Below, in pieces: positions 27,201 through 36,357 of a DNA stretch of 64,000 nucleotides. Every line of letters starts with the position of its first letter. Position 1 is the stretch's first letter. The notes beneath the pieces were generated by a model. That model did no database searches. It was given only the letters and a program-made list of their open reading frames with translations, and was not told where the DNA came from. The position numbers and the translations under genes were made by a program. Source of the DNA: a virus (Duplodnaviria > Caudoviricetes); the IMG/VR virus record IMGVR_UViG_3300025418_000839, positions 1 through 64,000 of that record. One strand, written 5' to 3'.

Positions 27201-27787
27201 CGTTTGGTAATGATCTCATCAATGAGTCCATAGGCCAATGCTTCTTCAGCACTCATAAAGAAATCACGTTCCATGTCTGCCTCAAACTCGTCGTAGGTTT
27301 TGCCTGCAGAGTTGTGTTTGACGTAAATCTCTGTTAGGTAGCGTTTCATCTTCAAGATTTCTTGCGCTTGAATTTGAATGTCTGTAGCTTGTCCACGTGC
27401 TCCGCCCGATGGTTGATGAATCATATGACGTGCATGCGGTAACATTAGTCGCTTGCCTGCAGCTCCAGCTGTGCTAAGAAGACTTCCCATAGAGCAGGCC
27501 TGACCCATAACAATGGTACTAACATCGGGTTTGATAAACTGCATTGTATCGTAGATAGCCATGCCCGCTGTAACTGAACCGCCGGGACTATTAATGTAGA
27601 ATAGTATGTCTGCATCAGGATTTTCGCTTTCTAAGAATAATAACTGTGCTACCAACAAACTGGCAGAGTGTTCATTGACATCGGTATCTAACATGACAAT
27701 ACGGTCCTTGAGTAGTCGACTGTAAATGTCATAAGCACGTTCGCCATTGGCTGTTTTTTCTAATACTGTTGGTACAAAGTTTGGCAT
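27197..27787 (-). CDS. clpP: ATP-dependent Clp protease proteolytic subunit
   Basis: [32 protein letters not shown] and MERDFFMSA. Confidence 0.95.
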   Translation of the reverse strand: MPNFVPTVLEKTANGERAYDIYSRLLKDRIVMLDTDVNEHSASLLVAQLLFLESENPDADILFYINSPGGSVTAGMAIYDTMQFIKPDVSTIVMGQACSMGSLLSTAGAAGKRLMLPHARHMIHQPSGGARGQATDIQIQAQEILKMKRYLTEIYVKHNSAGKTYDEFEADMERDFFMSAEEALAYGLIDEIITKR

Positions 27788-28896
27788 TTTTCACCTAATA
27801 GTTGATATAATTCTGTAAATGTTTTGGCAAAGTTTTGTGATCTTTGCTTGTCTAATATTGTAACATATTTTATTGTAGTGTCAAGTAAGTGACTGTCATC
27901 TCTTGCCCACATGGCCTGTACAATAGGTTCCAATTGTTTGTGTGTTTCAAATTTTTGTTCAATTGCCTTTTTAGTATCGGTTGGTAAAACTGTAATATTG
28001 TAGTAATCGGGGCGACTTACTAGACCCATATATGGTTCTGGTAAATTATTTTTGGCGCACCAATCTAAAAACTCGGGTAAGTAATAAACAGTGAACACGC
28101 TAACGCTATGACTAATACTTAATTGTATATTTGTGTTTTTTTCACGTAACTCTAAATACTTTTTAGTATTCATCAATACTGTCGACCATTCTGCTGGCCA
28201 ACGATTATATTCAAACTGTTCTCCAAAACCGTCCAAACTAAGTTGTATATCAATCTTTTTAAACTTCTCCCATGTACTTAAGATTGTGCTGCTGGGAAAT
28301 TTAGTACCATTTGTTATATAGTGTAAGCTGATATTTTCAGGGAAATAATTTGACAATTCCGTTAAGAATTTACTATGAAGTTCTTGATCGGCGTAGAATG
28401 GTTCGCCACCAGGAAACTCTACATGTTTGATTGTTTTTATTCTGTCAACCAGATCTTTTAAAAATTTAGGGTCTTGATAAAATTTACTGTGCTGATTAAT
28501 CACAATGTCGGGAAAATGATGTTTAAGTTTACGTTCTTCAACTGCCCAGCGACTACTTGAATAGCTATTACAAATTCTACAGGCAAGATTACAAGTGTTA
28601 CCAAAAGGTATACTTAATACCTTAATACCATCAAAATTTGGTATTTGATCTTCAAAAGTGTATTTGTTGTCTAGAGTGCGTTTACTAGGTAGACCAGCAT
28701 CTTCGTCGCGCCAGCACCTAATGCACCCAGCAGGTTTCTTGCCGGCTTTAAATTCGGCTTTTAGCTCAGCCAACTCTGTACTATTTTCGTAATCATGTAG
28801 ATTAGTAGCAATACTAGTTGAGTATTTACAACAGGGTTTAAATTCACCCTGGGGGCTAATATCCAATCCTACCCAAGGATGGTAACACATTTTCAT
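27760..28896 (-). CDS. Radical SAM protein with N-terminal twitch-like domain
   Basis: CYHPW...PCC...[23 protein letters not shown] and LSLDG. Confidence 0.85.
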   Translation of the reverse strand: MKMCYHPWVGLDISPQGEFKPCCKYSTSIATNLHDYENSTELAELKAEFKAGKKPAGCIRCWRDEDAGLPSKRTLDNKYTFEDQIPNFDGIKVLSIPFGNTCNLACRICNSYSSSRWAVEERKLKHHFPDIVINQHSKFYQDPKFLKDLVDRIKTIKHVEFPGGEPFYADQELHSKFLTELSNYFPENISLHYITNGTKFPSSTILSTWEKFKKIDIQLSLDGFGEQFEYNRWPAEWSTVLMNTKKYLELREKNTNIQLSISHSVSVFTVYYLPEFLDWCAKNNLPEPYMGLVSRPDYYNITVLPTDTKKAIEQKFETHKQLEPIVQAMWARDDSHLLDTTIKYVTILDKQRSQNFAKTFTELYQLLGEKCQTLYQQY

Positions 28897-28928
28897 TTAG
28901 TTATTATAACAGGAAAGTTAAGATTAGT

Positions 28929-29417
28929 CTAGCACTTGTACCAGTTTTGATGTTTGAGCCAACGCTTCATACCATACGCTGTTTTTAAACGAAGACCATA
29001 ATGGGCGAAACGGTCACGGAATTGGAAAAAATCTGGACCATGTGCACCACTTAACTTTACATAGTCGCCATTGTACTCTTCGAAACGTATGATATCCCAC
29101 TGATATTGATGTACCATTTCATGTGCCAGAGTTTGTACAAACCACTGCGGGCAAAACCATTTATCCATTAGTCTAATAGTACACCAACTGCCGGTATCTT
29201 GTAATTCATCTTCCCATTGGCAGTAGCCCCAAGTTTTACGACGTGTGCCCTGCTCAATCACAGGCTTGCGTAAGCGGTTATCAAATAGATAGCGATTGCA
29301 GATATTATATACGTAGTTAATGTCTTTGTACGTAGGACGGAACTGTAGCCTACGTTGATAAGTAAGACTTGGAAGTTCAGCTTCCATAATTGCCCGAATT
29401 GGATTTGGTCTTGCCAT
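28929..29417 (-). CDS. SprT-like zinc metalloprotease
   Basis: TLAHEMVH plus downstream HGPDF. Confidence 0.8.
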   Translation of the reverse strand: MARPNPIRAIMEAELPSLTYQRRLQFRPTYKDINYVYNICNRYLFDNRLRKPVIEQGTRRKTWGYCQWEDELQDTGSWCTIRLMDKWFCPQWFVQTLAHEMVHQYQWDIIRFEEYNGDYVKLSGAHGPDFFQFRDRFAHYGLRLKTAYGMKRWLKHQNWYKC

Positions 29418-29497
29418 GAAAAAGCCCTCGCTAAGGTATTTATATCATACCCCGCGAGAGCTATATTACTACTTTATTACGGAATTAACTGGGTAGT

Positions 29498-30229
29498 TTA
29501 TTCTACGCTAGTTTGACCTACCACAGCACCAGGTTTTTTGAGTGCAGCAGCACGACGAGCTTTGTACTCGTCGTTTTCAACCGGCATCAAATTCAACGTA
29601 CCACTGGTACCGTCGGGTTTGACCACACTAATTTCATCACCCTTTTTTGCGTTTGTGGGAGTTGGATCAGTATCGTTAGTCACAGGTTTGTTGCCAGTAA
29701 TTTCATCTAACTCTTTAAATGCTTCTTTGGCTGAACGTTTAGCGTCTTGTTGACTATGAGCAGTCTTGCTTAGAGCCACTAGCACATAGGTACGGATACG
29801 TGTTCCTTCAGCAATATGCTTCATCTCCACAGTTTCTACACCAGAGATATCAATGTCTGGGCAGATGTTACGGATTGCCATTTCACTTTGTTCTACAGTA
29901 CTGGTGCCATTATCTTGTGTAAAGACCTTGGTCTGACTGCGAACCTTACCGCCCGCGGCTGTACAAATCTTAGCATAAGCAATAGATTTAGCCTTCATAT
30001 CTGCTAAAGCAAAGTCTCCGGAAGTAGCGGTACCATTTTCAAATACCATACCATCAACCTTGGGCAACTTAAACATCCACTCAGGTGCCTGATTAATGGC
30101 CGTTTGCATACTAGCAGATTGCTGAGCAAATTGTTGTTGAGCTTGATTGGAATAACTCGATTGAATCGAATTAGTACCACAGGCACTCAATAAACCTGCT
30201 ACACCAACTACAGTCATTAAACGCTTCAT
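29498..30229 (-). CDS. Lipoprotein (LPP20-like)
   Basis: Lipobox LSAC and APEWM motif. Confidence 0.65.
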   Translation of the reverse strand: MKRLMTVVGVAGLLSACGTNSIQSSYSNQAQQQFAQQSASMQTAINQAPEWMFKLPKVDGMVFENGTATSGDFALADMKAKSIAYAKICTAAGGKVRSQTKVFTQDNGTSTVEQSEMAIRNICPDIDISGVETVEMKHIAEGTRIRTYVLVALSKTAHSQQDAKRSAKEAFKELDEITGNKPVTNDTDPTPTNAKKGDEISVVKPDGTSGTLNLMPVENDEYKARRAAALKKPGAVVGQTSVE

Positions 30230-30263
30230 TTTTACTACTCCTTGGTTAAATTACTACTATAAC

Positions 30264-30292
30264 AGTATAACATATTGGCTAATATTTGTCAA
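30264..30292 (-). promoter_or_regulatory. sigma70-type promoter
   Basis: TTGACA-N17-TATACT. Confidence 0.7.
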
Positions 30293-30848
30293 TCACTCGC
30301 CATTTGGATTTTGGTGTGGTATCAATCCTGCAAATCACACCCTGGTACAACCATAAATTAGTATTCTTTGCGTCCTTTTCCACAAACATACGACATTGAG
30401 TACGCTTATACCAAAAGTCTTTCCGTTCGCTAGGAATGGTGTGCATGTCCACTTCACTTTGATAAATGACGTCACCAATCTTCACAGGATGCACTTGAAT
30501 GTCTGGTAAATCACTACAAACCATTTGGCTATCGGCTTTGATAGTCTGAGGTTTCACTTCTAATAGTGCGTGACCTCGATCAACTTCTACAGCTAGGGCA
30601 CAGGCTCTAGCTTCGGTTCCAGCACGACCAATACCTTCTAAAGTTTGCCAACTGTTATCAACCTGAACACGATAACGAGCTGAACACACATATCCTTTAT
30701 CATCAGGAGTAACCAACTGTTCTATGTCGACTGGCTGAGTTTGAATTGTTTGCCTAGACATTGTAGTACTTGAACGCATATAACATTCAGCCTGAACATT
30801 GCTGTAAATACTCAGGCCTATTAGTGTTAATACTGTAGTCAATTTCAT
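30279..30848 (-). CDS. Secreted hypothetical protein
   Basis: Signal peptide ending VQA and an even number of Cys. Confidence 0.6.
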   Translation of the reverse strand: MKLTTVLTLIGLSIYSNVQAECYMRSSTTMSRQTIQTQPVDIEQLVTPDDKGYVCSARYRVQVDNSWQTLEGIGRAGTEARACALAVEVDRGHALLEVKPQTIKADSQMVCSDLPDIQVHPVKIGDVIYQSEVDMHTIPSERKDFWYKRTQCRMFVEKDAKNTNLWLYQGVICRIDTTPKSKWRVIDKY

Positions 30849-31144
30849 TTGTATCTATTGGGATTATTGCACCCAATCCTTAGACTCCAAATTACTACTT
30901 TGGCTCGACTGTTATACCGACGATCTTCGTCAGTGGCTAAATCTTCAGGATTTTTTCCAAGAAATCCTTTGAGTTGCAGTTGCCTATACATTTCGTTAAT
31001 CAGGGCGTCTGGATTTTGGCAGTCACGGCTGTCAACTACTTTAATGCGTTCTACTTCTTGATAACTCATTGGTTGAGCTTGGCGTGGTACTGTAGAAGCA
31101 CACCCCGCCAAGCTGGCCGCAACAAGAACAGCAAGTAGTTTCAT
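30845..31144 (-). CDS. Lipoprotein
   Basis: MKLLAVLVAASLAGC lipobox. Confidence 0.7.
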   Translation of the reverse strand: MKLLAVLVAASLAGCASTVPRQAQPMSYQEVERIKVVDSRDCQNPDALINEMYRQLQLKGFLGKNPEDLATDEDRRYNSRAKVVIWSLRIGCNNPNRYK

Positions 31145-31500
31145 TGTGCTCGGGCTAGACGTTGGGCACGATGGCGATCCCAACTTTCATTGAGTCTAGT
31201 AGACAATCCCATGTCATGTAGTTTGTCAGACAATATCTGTTCAATTCCGATAGTTGTTACTGGCTCTTCAGACCGCTCACAAAAATCGTAATTAATAGAC
31301 CAGCGCGGAATTAAGGTTACTTGTGCATCACCATCATGCAAGATCGGAAGCTGGCGCCATTGGAACATTAGTCTATCAATGTTTTGTTGCCAATAATTTT
31401 TGGACCAAGCATTTTTAGAACGTGCTAGTGCATCACGAGCCGCATCTAAACGCTGACCCAATACTTCCATTTCTTCACCAAAAAAACGATAGTTCTTCAT
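31141..31500 (-). CDS. Hypothetical protein
   Basis: AAGGAG SD, downstream of a promoter. Confidence 0.6.
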   Translation of the reverse strand: MKNYRFFGEEMEVLGQRLDAARDALARSKNAWSKNYWQQNIDRLMFQWRQLPILHDGDAQVTLIPRWSINYDFCERSEEPVTTIGIEQILSDKLHDMGLSTRLNESWDRHRAQRLARAQ

Positions 31501-31523
31501 AGTAACTCCTTAAACAAAAATAT

Positions 31524-31552
31524 ATTATACATTAAATCGAATTTAGGGTCAA
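31524..31552 (-). promoter_or_regulatory. sigma70-type promoter
   Basis: TTGACC-N17-TATAAT. Confidence 0.75.
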
Positions 31553-32068
31553 CGTGCTACCACGTGCTTGATCGTAAAATACATGGTTACCAATTTGACC
31601 TACTGCTCGGCGGGGATCTACCCATTTTGGATCTTTGATATAGACTGCGTGATAAAACAAACTCTTAGTCAACCCACGTACACGATGTCCTGCCAATACC
31701 TTACGAGCAACATCTTCTGATTCAGCCCACAACCGACTATCTGGGCGTGGTAATTTTTTGGCCAAGGTCCACGAAAATTGTTTCTTGGCATATACCACCT
31801 TGCAAATTGAATTCCCCCAATACCCTGTCTTGAGTCGGTTAATGGTTACATGAGCCACGGCAAACTTTCCCACTTTGGATTCTACGCCAGCCTCATAATA
31901 AATGTTTCGAGTTAGGCAATCCAAATCATTTTTGGTGTATTTAATATGTTCTTTGACCTGTATAACATCATCTAGCTTTTCCTCGATCATGTCCATACGA
32001 AGCTCTTGACGTATCAAAAGCATACCTAATAAACTACAAGCAATAATCGCTAGCGTACGATTTGACAT
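31532..32068 (-). CDS. Cell wall hydrolase (SleB/Hydrolase_2) with N-terminal anchor
   Basis: CLTRNIYYEA, AVAHVTINR, QFSW and IGNHVFY. Confidence 0.9.
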   Translation of the reverse strand: MSNRTLAIIACSLLGMLLIRQELRMDMIEEKLDDVIQVKEHIKYTKNDLDCLTRNIYYEAGVESKVGKFAVAHVTINRLKTGYWGNSICKVVYAKKQFSWTLAKKLPRPDSRLWAESEDVARKVLAGHRVRGLTKSLFYHAVYIKDPKWVDPRRAVGQIGNHVFYDQARGSTLTLNSI

Positions 32069-32304
32069 TATCTATCCTGATCATAATCATGGTCGGCTTC
32101 GTCATCGAACTTGTCAAAAGCCAATTGGTTGATCATTTCACCATTCTCATCACCAAGCTGTTCGAGCTCTTCGTCTGACAACGGTGTTCCATCTTCATAT
32201 TCAGCATAGCTAAAAAACGCATCACAGAAGTCTGGGTAGTCACTACCATCTACCCCATCAACTTCAGCATTCTTTACAGTACGGCCATTTAATTGCATAT
32301 TCAT
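32068..32304 (-). CDS. Acidic hypothetical phage protein
   Basis: DGVDGSDYPDFCDAF motif. Confidence 0.65.
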   Translation of the reverse strand: MNMQLNGRTVKNAEVDGVDGSDYPDFCDAFFSYAEYEDGTPLSDEELEQLGDENGEMINQLAFDKFDDEADHDYDQDR

Positions 32305-32307
32305 TCC

Positions 32308-32520
32308 TTAGATAAAATCGTAAGCATATTCGCCGGTGTCGCCGATTGGGCTAACAATAACCTTGCCTAACCCAAAAGTCTCAGCTAATCTATGGAATAC
32401 TGTACGAGCTTGCGTTTCGGTAATTGTGCGAACAAACAGAGTGCCATTGAAAAACTCTGTGGTCACAGGCTCGTTAGTAAGAGTTACTTTAACCAATTGA
32501 TCTACTAGTGTTTCAAACAT
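32308..32520 (-). CDS. Hypothetical early protein
   Basis: AAGGAG SD, first gene after the repeated promoter. Confidence 0.65.
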   Translation of the reverse strand: MFETLVDQLVKVTLTNEPVTTEFFNGTLFVRTITETQARTVFHRLAETFGLGKVIVSPIGDTGEYAYDFI

Positions 32521-32549
32521 ACCAGCTCCTTATTAATCACTATACAAGT

Positions 32550-32578
32550 ATTATACTATTTTGGCAATTTTGGCACAA
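32550..32578 (-). promoter_or_regulatory. Repeated early promoter, copy 4
   Basis: TTGTGC-CAAAATTGCCAAAATAG-TATAAT. Confidence 0.7.
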
Positions 32579-32593
32579 CCAAATTTTGGTCGT

Positions 32594-32621
32594 AAAAAAA
32601 GCCCTATTTCTAGGGCTTTTT
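32594..32621. terminator. Rho-independent terminator
   Basis: AAAAAAAGCCCTA-TTTC-TAGGGCTTTTT. Confidence 0.8.
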
Positions 32622-32624
32622 GAG

Positions 32625-32642
32625 TGTTGCTTTTTTACAACA
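32625..32642. promoter_or_regulatory. TGTTG-N8-CAACA palindrome, copy 3
   Basis: TGTTGCTTTTTTACAACA. Confidence 0.55.
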
Positions 32643-32644
32643 GA

Positions 32645-32863
32645 TTATTTAACTGCAAACATCTTAGTAAAATCTACAGATTTTGTAGCTTCAACTACTT
32701 GCTTAGATAGCTCTAAATTTGTTTCATATACAGTCTTAGTAAAGTCTGCATAAGAATCTACTAGAGTTTCTAGGTTTGCACGGATGGCTTTGTCTTCAAC
32801 GTATGTTAACGGTGTCTTTGTTGCTGTTGCTATTTGATCTACGATTGATTTAAAATTAAACAT
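32645..32863 (-). CDS. Small amphipathic helical protein, phasin-like
   Basis: 72 aa, all-helical and Cys/Trp-free, with a strong SD. The phasin resemblance is by recall only. Confidence 0.55.
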   Translation of the reverse strand: MFNFKSIVDQIATATKTPLTYVEDKAIRANLETLVDSYADFTKTVYETNLELSKQVVEATKSVDFTKMFAVK

Positions 32864-32920
32864 TTTATTTTCCTTTATTAAGCGAAATGTTATACAAGAC
32901 CCAAACCATTCGGCATCTTG
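32864..32920 (-). promoter_or_regulatory. ROSE-like structured 5' leader
   Basis: Hairpin CAAGA-TG-CCGAA/TTTGG-G-TCTTG, then TTTCGCT-TAATA-AAGGAAA. Same architecture as the hsp20 leader. Confidence 0.55.
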
Positions 32921-33036
32921 CGTTATACTGTGTTCTTAGTATACATTTATTTATGCTGTGGTGCAACATTTTTATTATTTTATTTTACCAAAAAACCCAA
33001 CTAAATAATACTATCCAAACCTATAGGAGATTCAAA

Positions 33037-33285
33037 ATGGAATTAATCGTATTTCTAGCAGTAGGTGTTGCTATTGTTTATGCACTATACAAAGCGTATG
33101 GTCCAAAAAAATCTGAGGCACCTAGTGTAACAGAAGTTGTAGAAAAAGCAGAAACTGTAGTTGCTGAAACTCAAGTTGAAACTGCTGTTGCTTTAGACAA
33201 ACCAGCTAAGAAGCCAGCGGCTAAAAAGAAACCAGCTGTTAAAAAAGCAACAACACGCAAACCAAAGGCACCTGCTAAGAAGTAA
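33037..33285 (+). CDS. Small membrane-anchored protein with Lys/Ala/Pro-rich tail
   Basis: TAAATA and AGGAG upstream, N-terminal TM segment, KPAKKPAAKKKPA tail. Confidence 0.7.
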   Translation: MELIVFLAVGVAIVYALYKAYGPKKSEAPSVTEVVEKAETVVAETQVETAVALDKPAKKPAAKKKPAVKKATTRKPKAPAKK

Positions 33286-33288
33286 TCA

Positions 33289-34359
33289 ATGGTAGATGGC
33301 CGTATAGGGGTATTCGTTACTGAAGAAACGGATGCCCTTTTCTTTTATCACTTTAATAAATGTAACCTAACTAACTCAATCAAAGTATTCAACGATATAG
33401 ATAAGTTTCGCAGTAGTCCCATTAAACATAAAATTAGTTGTTTACAAATGCCGTATCCTGTACGAGCAGAGTTTGATTCCTTAGTTGATGATTTAGTTAA
33501 ATGTTCCGATCATGTGTTAATACTCATGAGCGAACTGCACGACCGTACTGTGGAAATTGTACAACGTCATGACGACCCTAAGGTCAGTTATTTTATCTGT
33601 GGAGAATTTAACTTTGAATTAACTCACAGCCCCCTACACAAGTTTTATGATTGGTTTACAACCACTGTACACTTTTATAAACATGTTAGACCCCAAACAC
33701 TCGACGTTCTTACTCCCTACAATACCAAATCATTTAACTTTGATTGCTTACTAGGACGTAAGAAAGCTCACAGAGATTTTGCTTACGATCGTATCAAGGC
33801 ATGGCCCAATAATGTGTTAACTTACCTCGGAGATCATACTTGCAATTTTGATGATCCAGAAAAGTGGTTATGGGAAAGCAATGGGTTAGAAATAGATCGT
33901 CCGGTGGAGTGGACTGTGGATCGTGTACCGTACTACGGACATCGTATGAGTATCAGTCAAATAGTACCCTTACAAATCTATAATCAAACTGCTTATACAT
34001 TAGTAGCAGAAACAAACTATAGTAATCACTACACATTCTATACAGAAAAAACTGTTAAGCCCATACTAGGTTGTAGATTGTTTATAGCATTAGCTGGGCA
34101 AGGACATCTTGCCAATTTACACCGTATAGGGTTTAAAACATTTAATGGTATCATTGACGAATCATATGATACTATAGCCGATAATGAAATTAGATGGCAA
34201 ACAGCCCTAGAACAAATGCAGGGATTGTCTAAGACACCTCAAGAAGAAATTCTAGACAAAATAAAACCAATCTGCGAACACAACTATAAAGTCATGATCG
34301 AAACAGATTGGTATGGTGATTACTTCTTACCTGCGTTTGTCAGCTACTTTAATCAATAA
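33289..34359 (+). CDS. Glycosyltransferase-like phage protein, paralog of 38991..40202
   Basis: Both share AET...TEKTxKPI...GFKTF...IDESYD...HN. Confidence 0.55.
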   Translation: MVDGRIGVFVTEETDALFFYHFNKCNLTNSIKVFNDIDKFRSSPIKHKISCLQMPYPVRAEFDSLVDDLVKCSDHVLILMSELHDRTVEIVQRHDDPKVSYFICGEFNFELTHSPLHKFYDWFTTTVHFYKHVRPQTLDVLTPYNTKSFNFDCLLGRKKAHRDFAYDRIKAWPNNVLTYLGDHTCNFDDPEKWLWESNGLEIDRPVEWTVDRVPYYGHRMSISQIVPLQIYNQTAYTLVAETNYSNHYTFYTEKTVKPILGCRLFIALAGQGHLANLHRIGFKTFNGIIDESYDTIADNEIRWQTALEQMQGLSKTPQEEILDKIKPICEHNYKVMIETDWYGDYFLPAFVSYFNQ

Positions 34360-35614
34360 TACCAAAGTTAGCCCAAGTAGCATTACCTAAACTTACCCAA
34401 CCCAACGGACCACCAAGACTAGGATTTGAGTTAAACACTACAGTACCTTTGGGACTGTCTGTAGTAGGTGGAGCACTAGCACTAGACATAGTAATAAATC
34501 CTAAGGTAAGTTGATTTACTGCTACACCCCCATCAGGTGTTAGTGTTAGGTTGTTTTTGTTGTTAGTACTAATGATTAATGTTTGATTACGAGACGAACC
34601 GATTATACCGGTGTTGTTGGATAATTTACCAAATCCAATTTCAACTTCTTGATCCCATACACTTAAGGCCTGGGTAGGTTCGATAGTGTTAATACCAACA
34701 CGTTGTCCAGTTGTGTATAAGGTTTGACTTAAAAGTGTTTCTCCTGATACTTGTAGTTCACGTAACTGTCCAACCTTTTGTAAATTACTTTCTGTAATTA
34801 GATTGCTTAACGAACTACCAACAACAATATCTTGACCATTTAAACTGATCTGTGCTAGGTCAAGACCTTTGGCCTTGATTTGATCAAATACCATGTCAGC
34901 GTATGATTGGAATACCACTTGATCTAAACTTGTACGAACATTGTTTGTTGCGGCCGATACCATCTGTTGGTAAGCAGGACTTGATTCAGGAATAGTTCCG
35001 GTGATAATTAAATCACCTTCTACTGTTGCTGTTCCCTTGACTGTTAAATCTTTAGTGAGTAAATTATTTTCAACTACAGTTACATCATCCATAACTGTTA
35101 ATTGGCAAGCAGTGGCTTTATCATCTATACCTGTGCTACCAAAGTTTTGTATAATTCCGCCGTTGATTGAGTTTCCAGACAATACTAAATTAGTAGTGTC
35201 AATGGCTGTACCAGGAATACTGGCATCGGGATATTTAATTGATTGTGTTTGAATTGCACTGGTTAGAGTTGACTGCAACATCTGTGCAAAATCAATTCTA
35301 GCAATTTGTGTCTTTATAGCTTCAGTAGTTAATTTTATACTCTGAGCCTGCACTTCTCCTGCTACTGCACTACCCAAATTATCTAATCGAGCGTAGAGTT
35401 GTGATTCAATACTTTTTGTATCGATAGGTAGCTGGCTTATGCGACTGTCAAGTTTTTTACTCAACTGGTCAGCTAACATTGATGTGGTATCAAGGTTTGC
35501 GACAATTTCTGAAATCTTTTGATCGATTTGAACAGCTACCTGTTGTTGAACTTGTGCTGTTATCTGTGAAATTATTGTTTGTACTATACCACTTACGTGA
35601 TTGTCTATATCCAT
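34349..35614 (-). CDS. Probable virion fibre/structural protein
   Basis: N-terminal coiled coil, beta-repeat middle (SNLQKVGQLRELQV, RVGINT) and C-terminal GWVSLG..W..FG. Confidence 0.6.
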   Translation of the reverse strand: MDIDNHVSGIVQTIISQITAQVQQQVAVQIDQKISEIVANLDTTSMLADQLSKKLDSRISQLPIDTKSIESQLYARLDNLGSAVAGEVQAQSIKLTTEAIKTQIARIDFAQMLQSTLTSAIQTQSIKYPDASIPGTAIDTTNLVLSGNSINGGIIQNFGSTGIDDKATACQLTVMDDVTVVENNLLTKDLTVKGTATVEGDLIITGTIPESSPAYQQMVSAATNNVRTSLDQVVFQSYADMVFDQIKAKGLDLAQISLNGQDIVVGSSLSNLITESNLQKVGQLRELQVSGETLLSQTLYTTGQRVGINTIEPTQALSVWDQEVEIGFGKLSNNTGIIGSSRNQTLIISTNNKNNLTLTPDGGVAVNQLTLGFITMSSASAPPTTDSPKGTVVFNSNPSLGGPLGWVSLGNATWANFGIID

Positions 35615-35615
35615 T

Positions 35616-36353
35616 TTACTCGAATTGTATGCTAACTACGTGTTCGTAGTTCTTTTTGATTAAACTCTTATACATTAAGTTTTTGTGGACGAGGAAATTC
35701 ACGGCTCCTGCATCCATACTAAATTTTGCTAACTGCTTAAAAAACATTGTACGGCGCTCAAACTGCCCATATGTTACTAAACTACTTGTGGGCTCAGTTA
35801 TTTCGTAAACCATTGTATTCCAACGTGTACGATCTTTTAGATCCCAGTCGTGATTTTCTAAAAATATCTTAGACTCTGTGCCGTTTCTAACCATAGCAGG
35901 AGTACTAAATTCGCGTTCTTTAAAATCTTGATTTTTGTAATCACGTATTGTACTTATCACAAATGCCGTGGCTAAATTACAAATTTTAGCAATGGCATCT
36001 TGTTGTGCTTGATCGCTGCCAGCAAAGGTAAAATACTCGTCCATAGCAATCACACAATCAAATTGTTTACGGTATTGATCCAATTTGGCAGGATCAATAT
36101 ATGTGTACTTAACTTTACGGCTTTTTAAGAATGTCTGTGCTGTGTCACTAATTTCCGTGACTGCAATATTTTTAGCACGGCAGGCTAGTATTGCTGGATT
36201 GAATCCAACAAATAATATGTTTTGTGGTTCTAAATTTTCAACACGATACACCCCGTCGAGTATTTCTTGTTTACGGGTCACTTGATCATCTAATTTAGGA
36301 TTAAACATTAATGCGGACAGTACCGCATCAGTATACGAAGCAAAATTGTTCAT
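35616..36353 (-). CDS. Methyltransferase-fold hypothetical protein
   Basis: NILFVG...FDCVIAMDEYFTF; the SAM motif is degenerate. Confidence 0.4.
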   Translation of the reverse strand: MNNFASYTDAVLSALMFNPKLDDQVTRKQEILDGVYRVENLEPQNILFVGFNPAILACRAKNIAVTEISDTAQTFLKSRKVKYTYIDPAKLDQYRKQFDCVIAMDEYFTFAGSDQAQQDAIAKICNLATAFVISTIRDYKNQDFKEREFSTPAMVRNGTESKIFLENHDWDLKDRTRWNTMVYEITEPTSSLVTYGQFERRTMFFKQLAKFSMDAGAVNFLVHKNLMYKSLIKKNYEHVVSIQFE

Positions 36354-36357
36354 ACAC

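Noticed and set aside
8761-32580. Repeated ~30-bp sequence as a possible CRISPR repeat or att site
   Set aside because: The copies are dispersed, not regularly spaced, and coincide with -35/-10 promoters. No cas or integrase genes are present.
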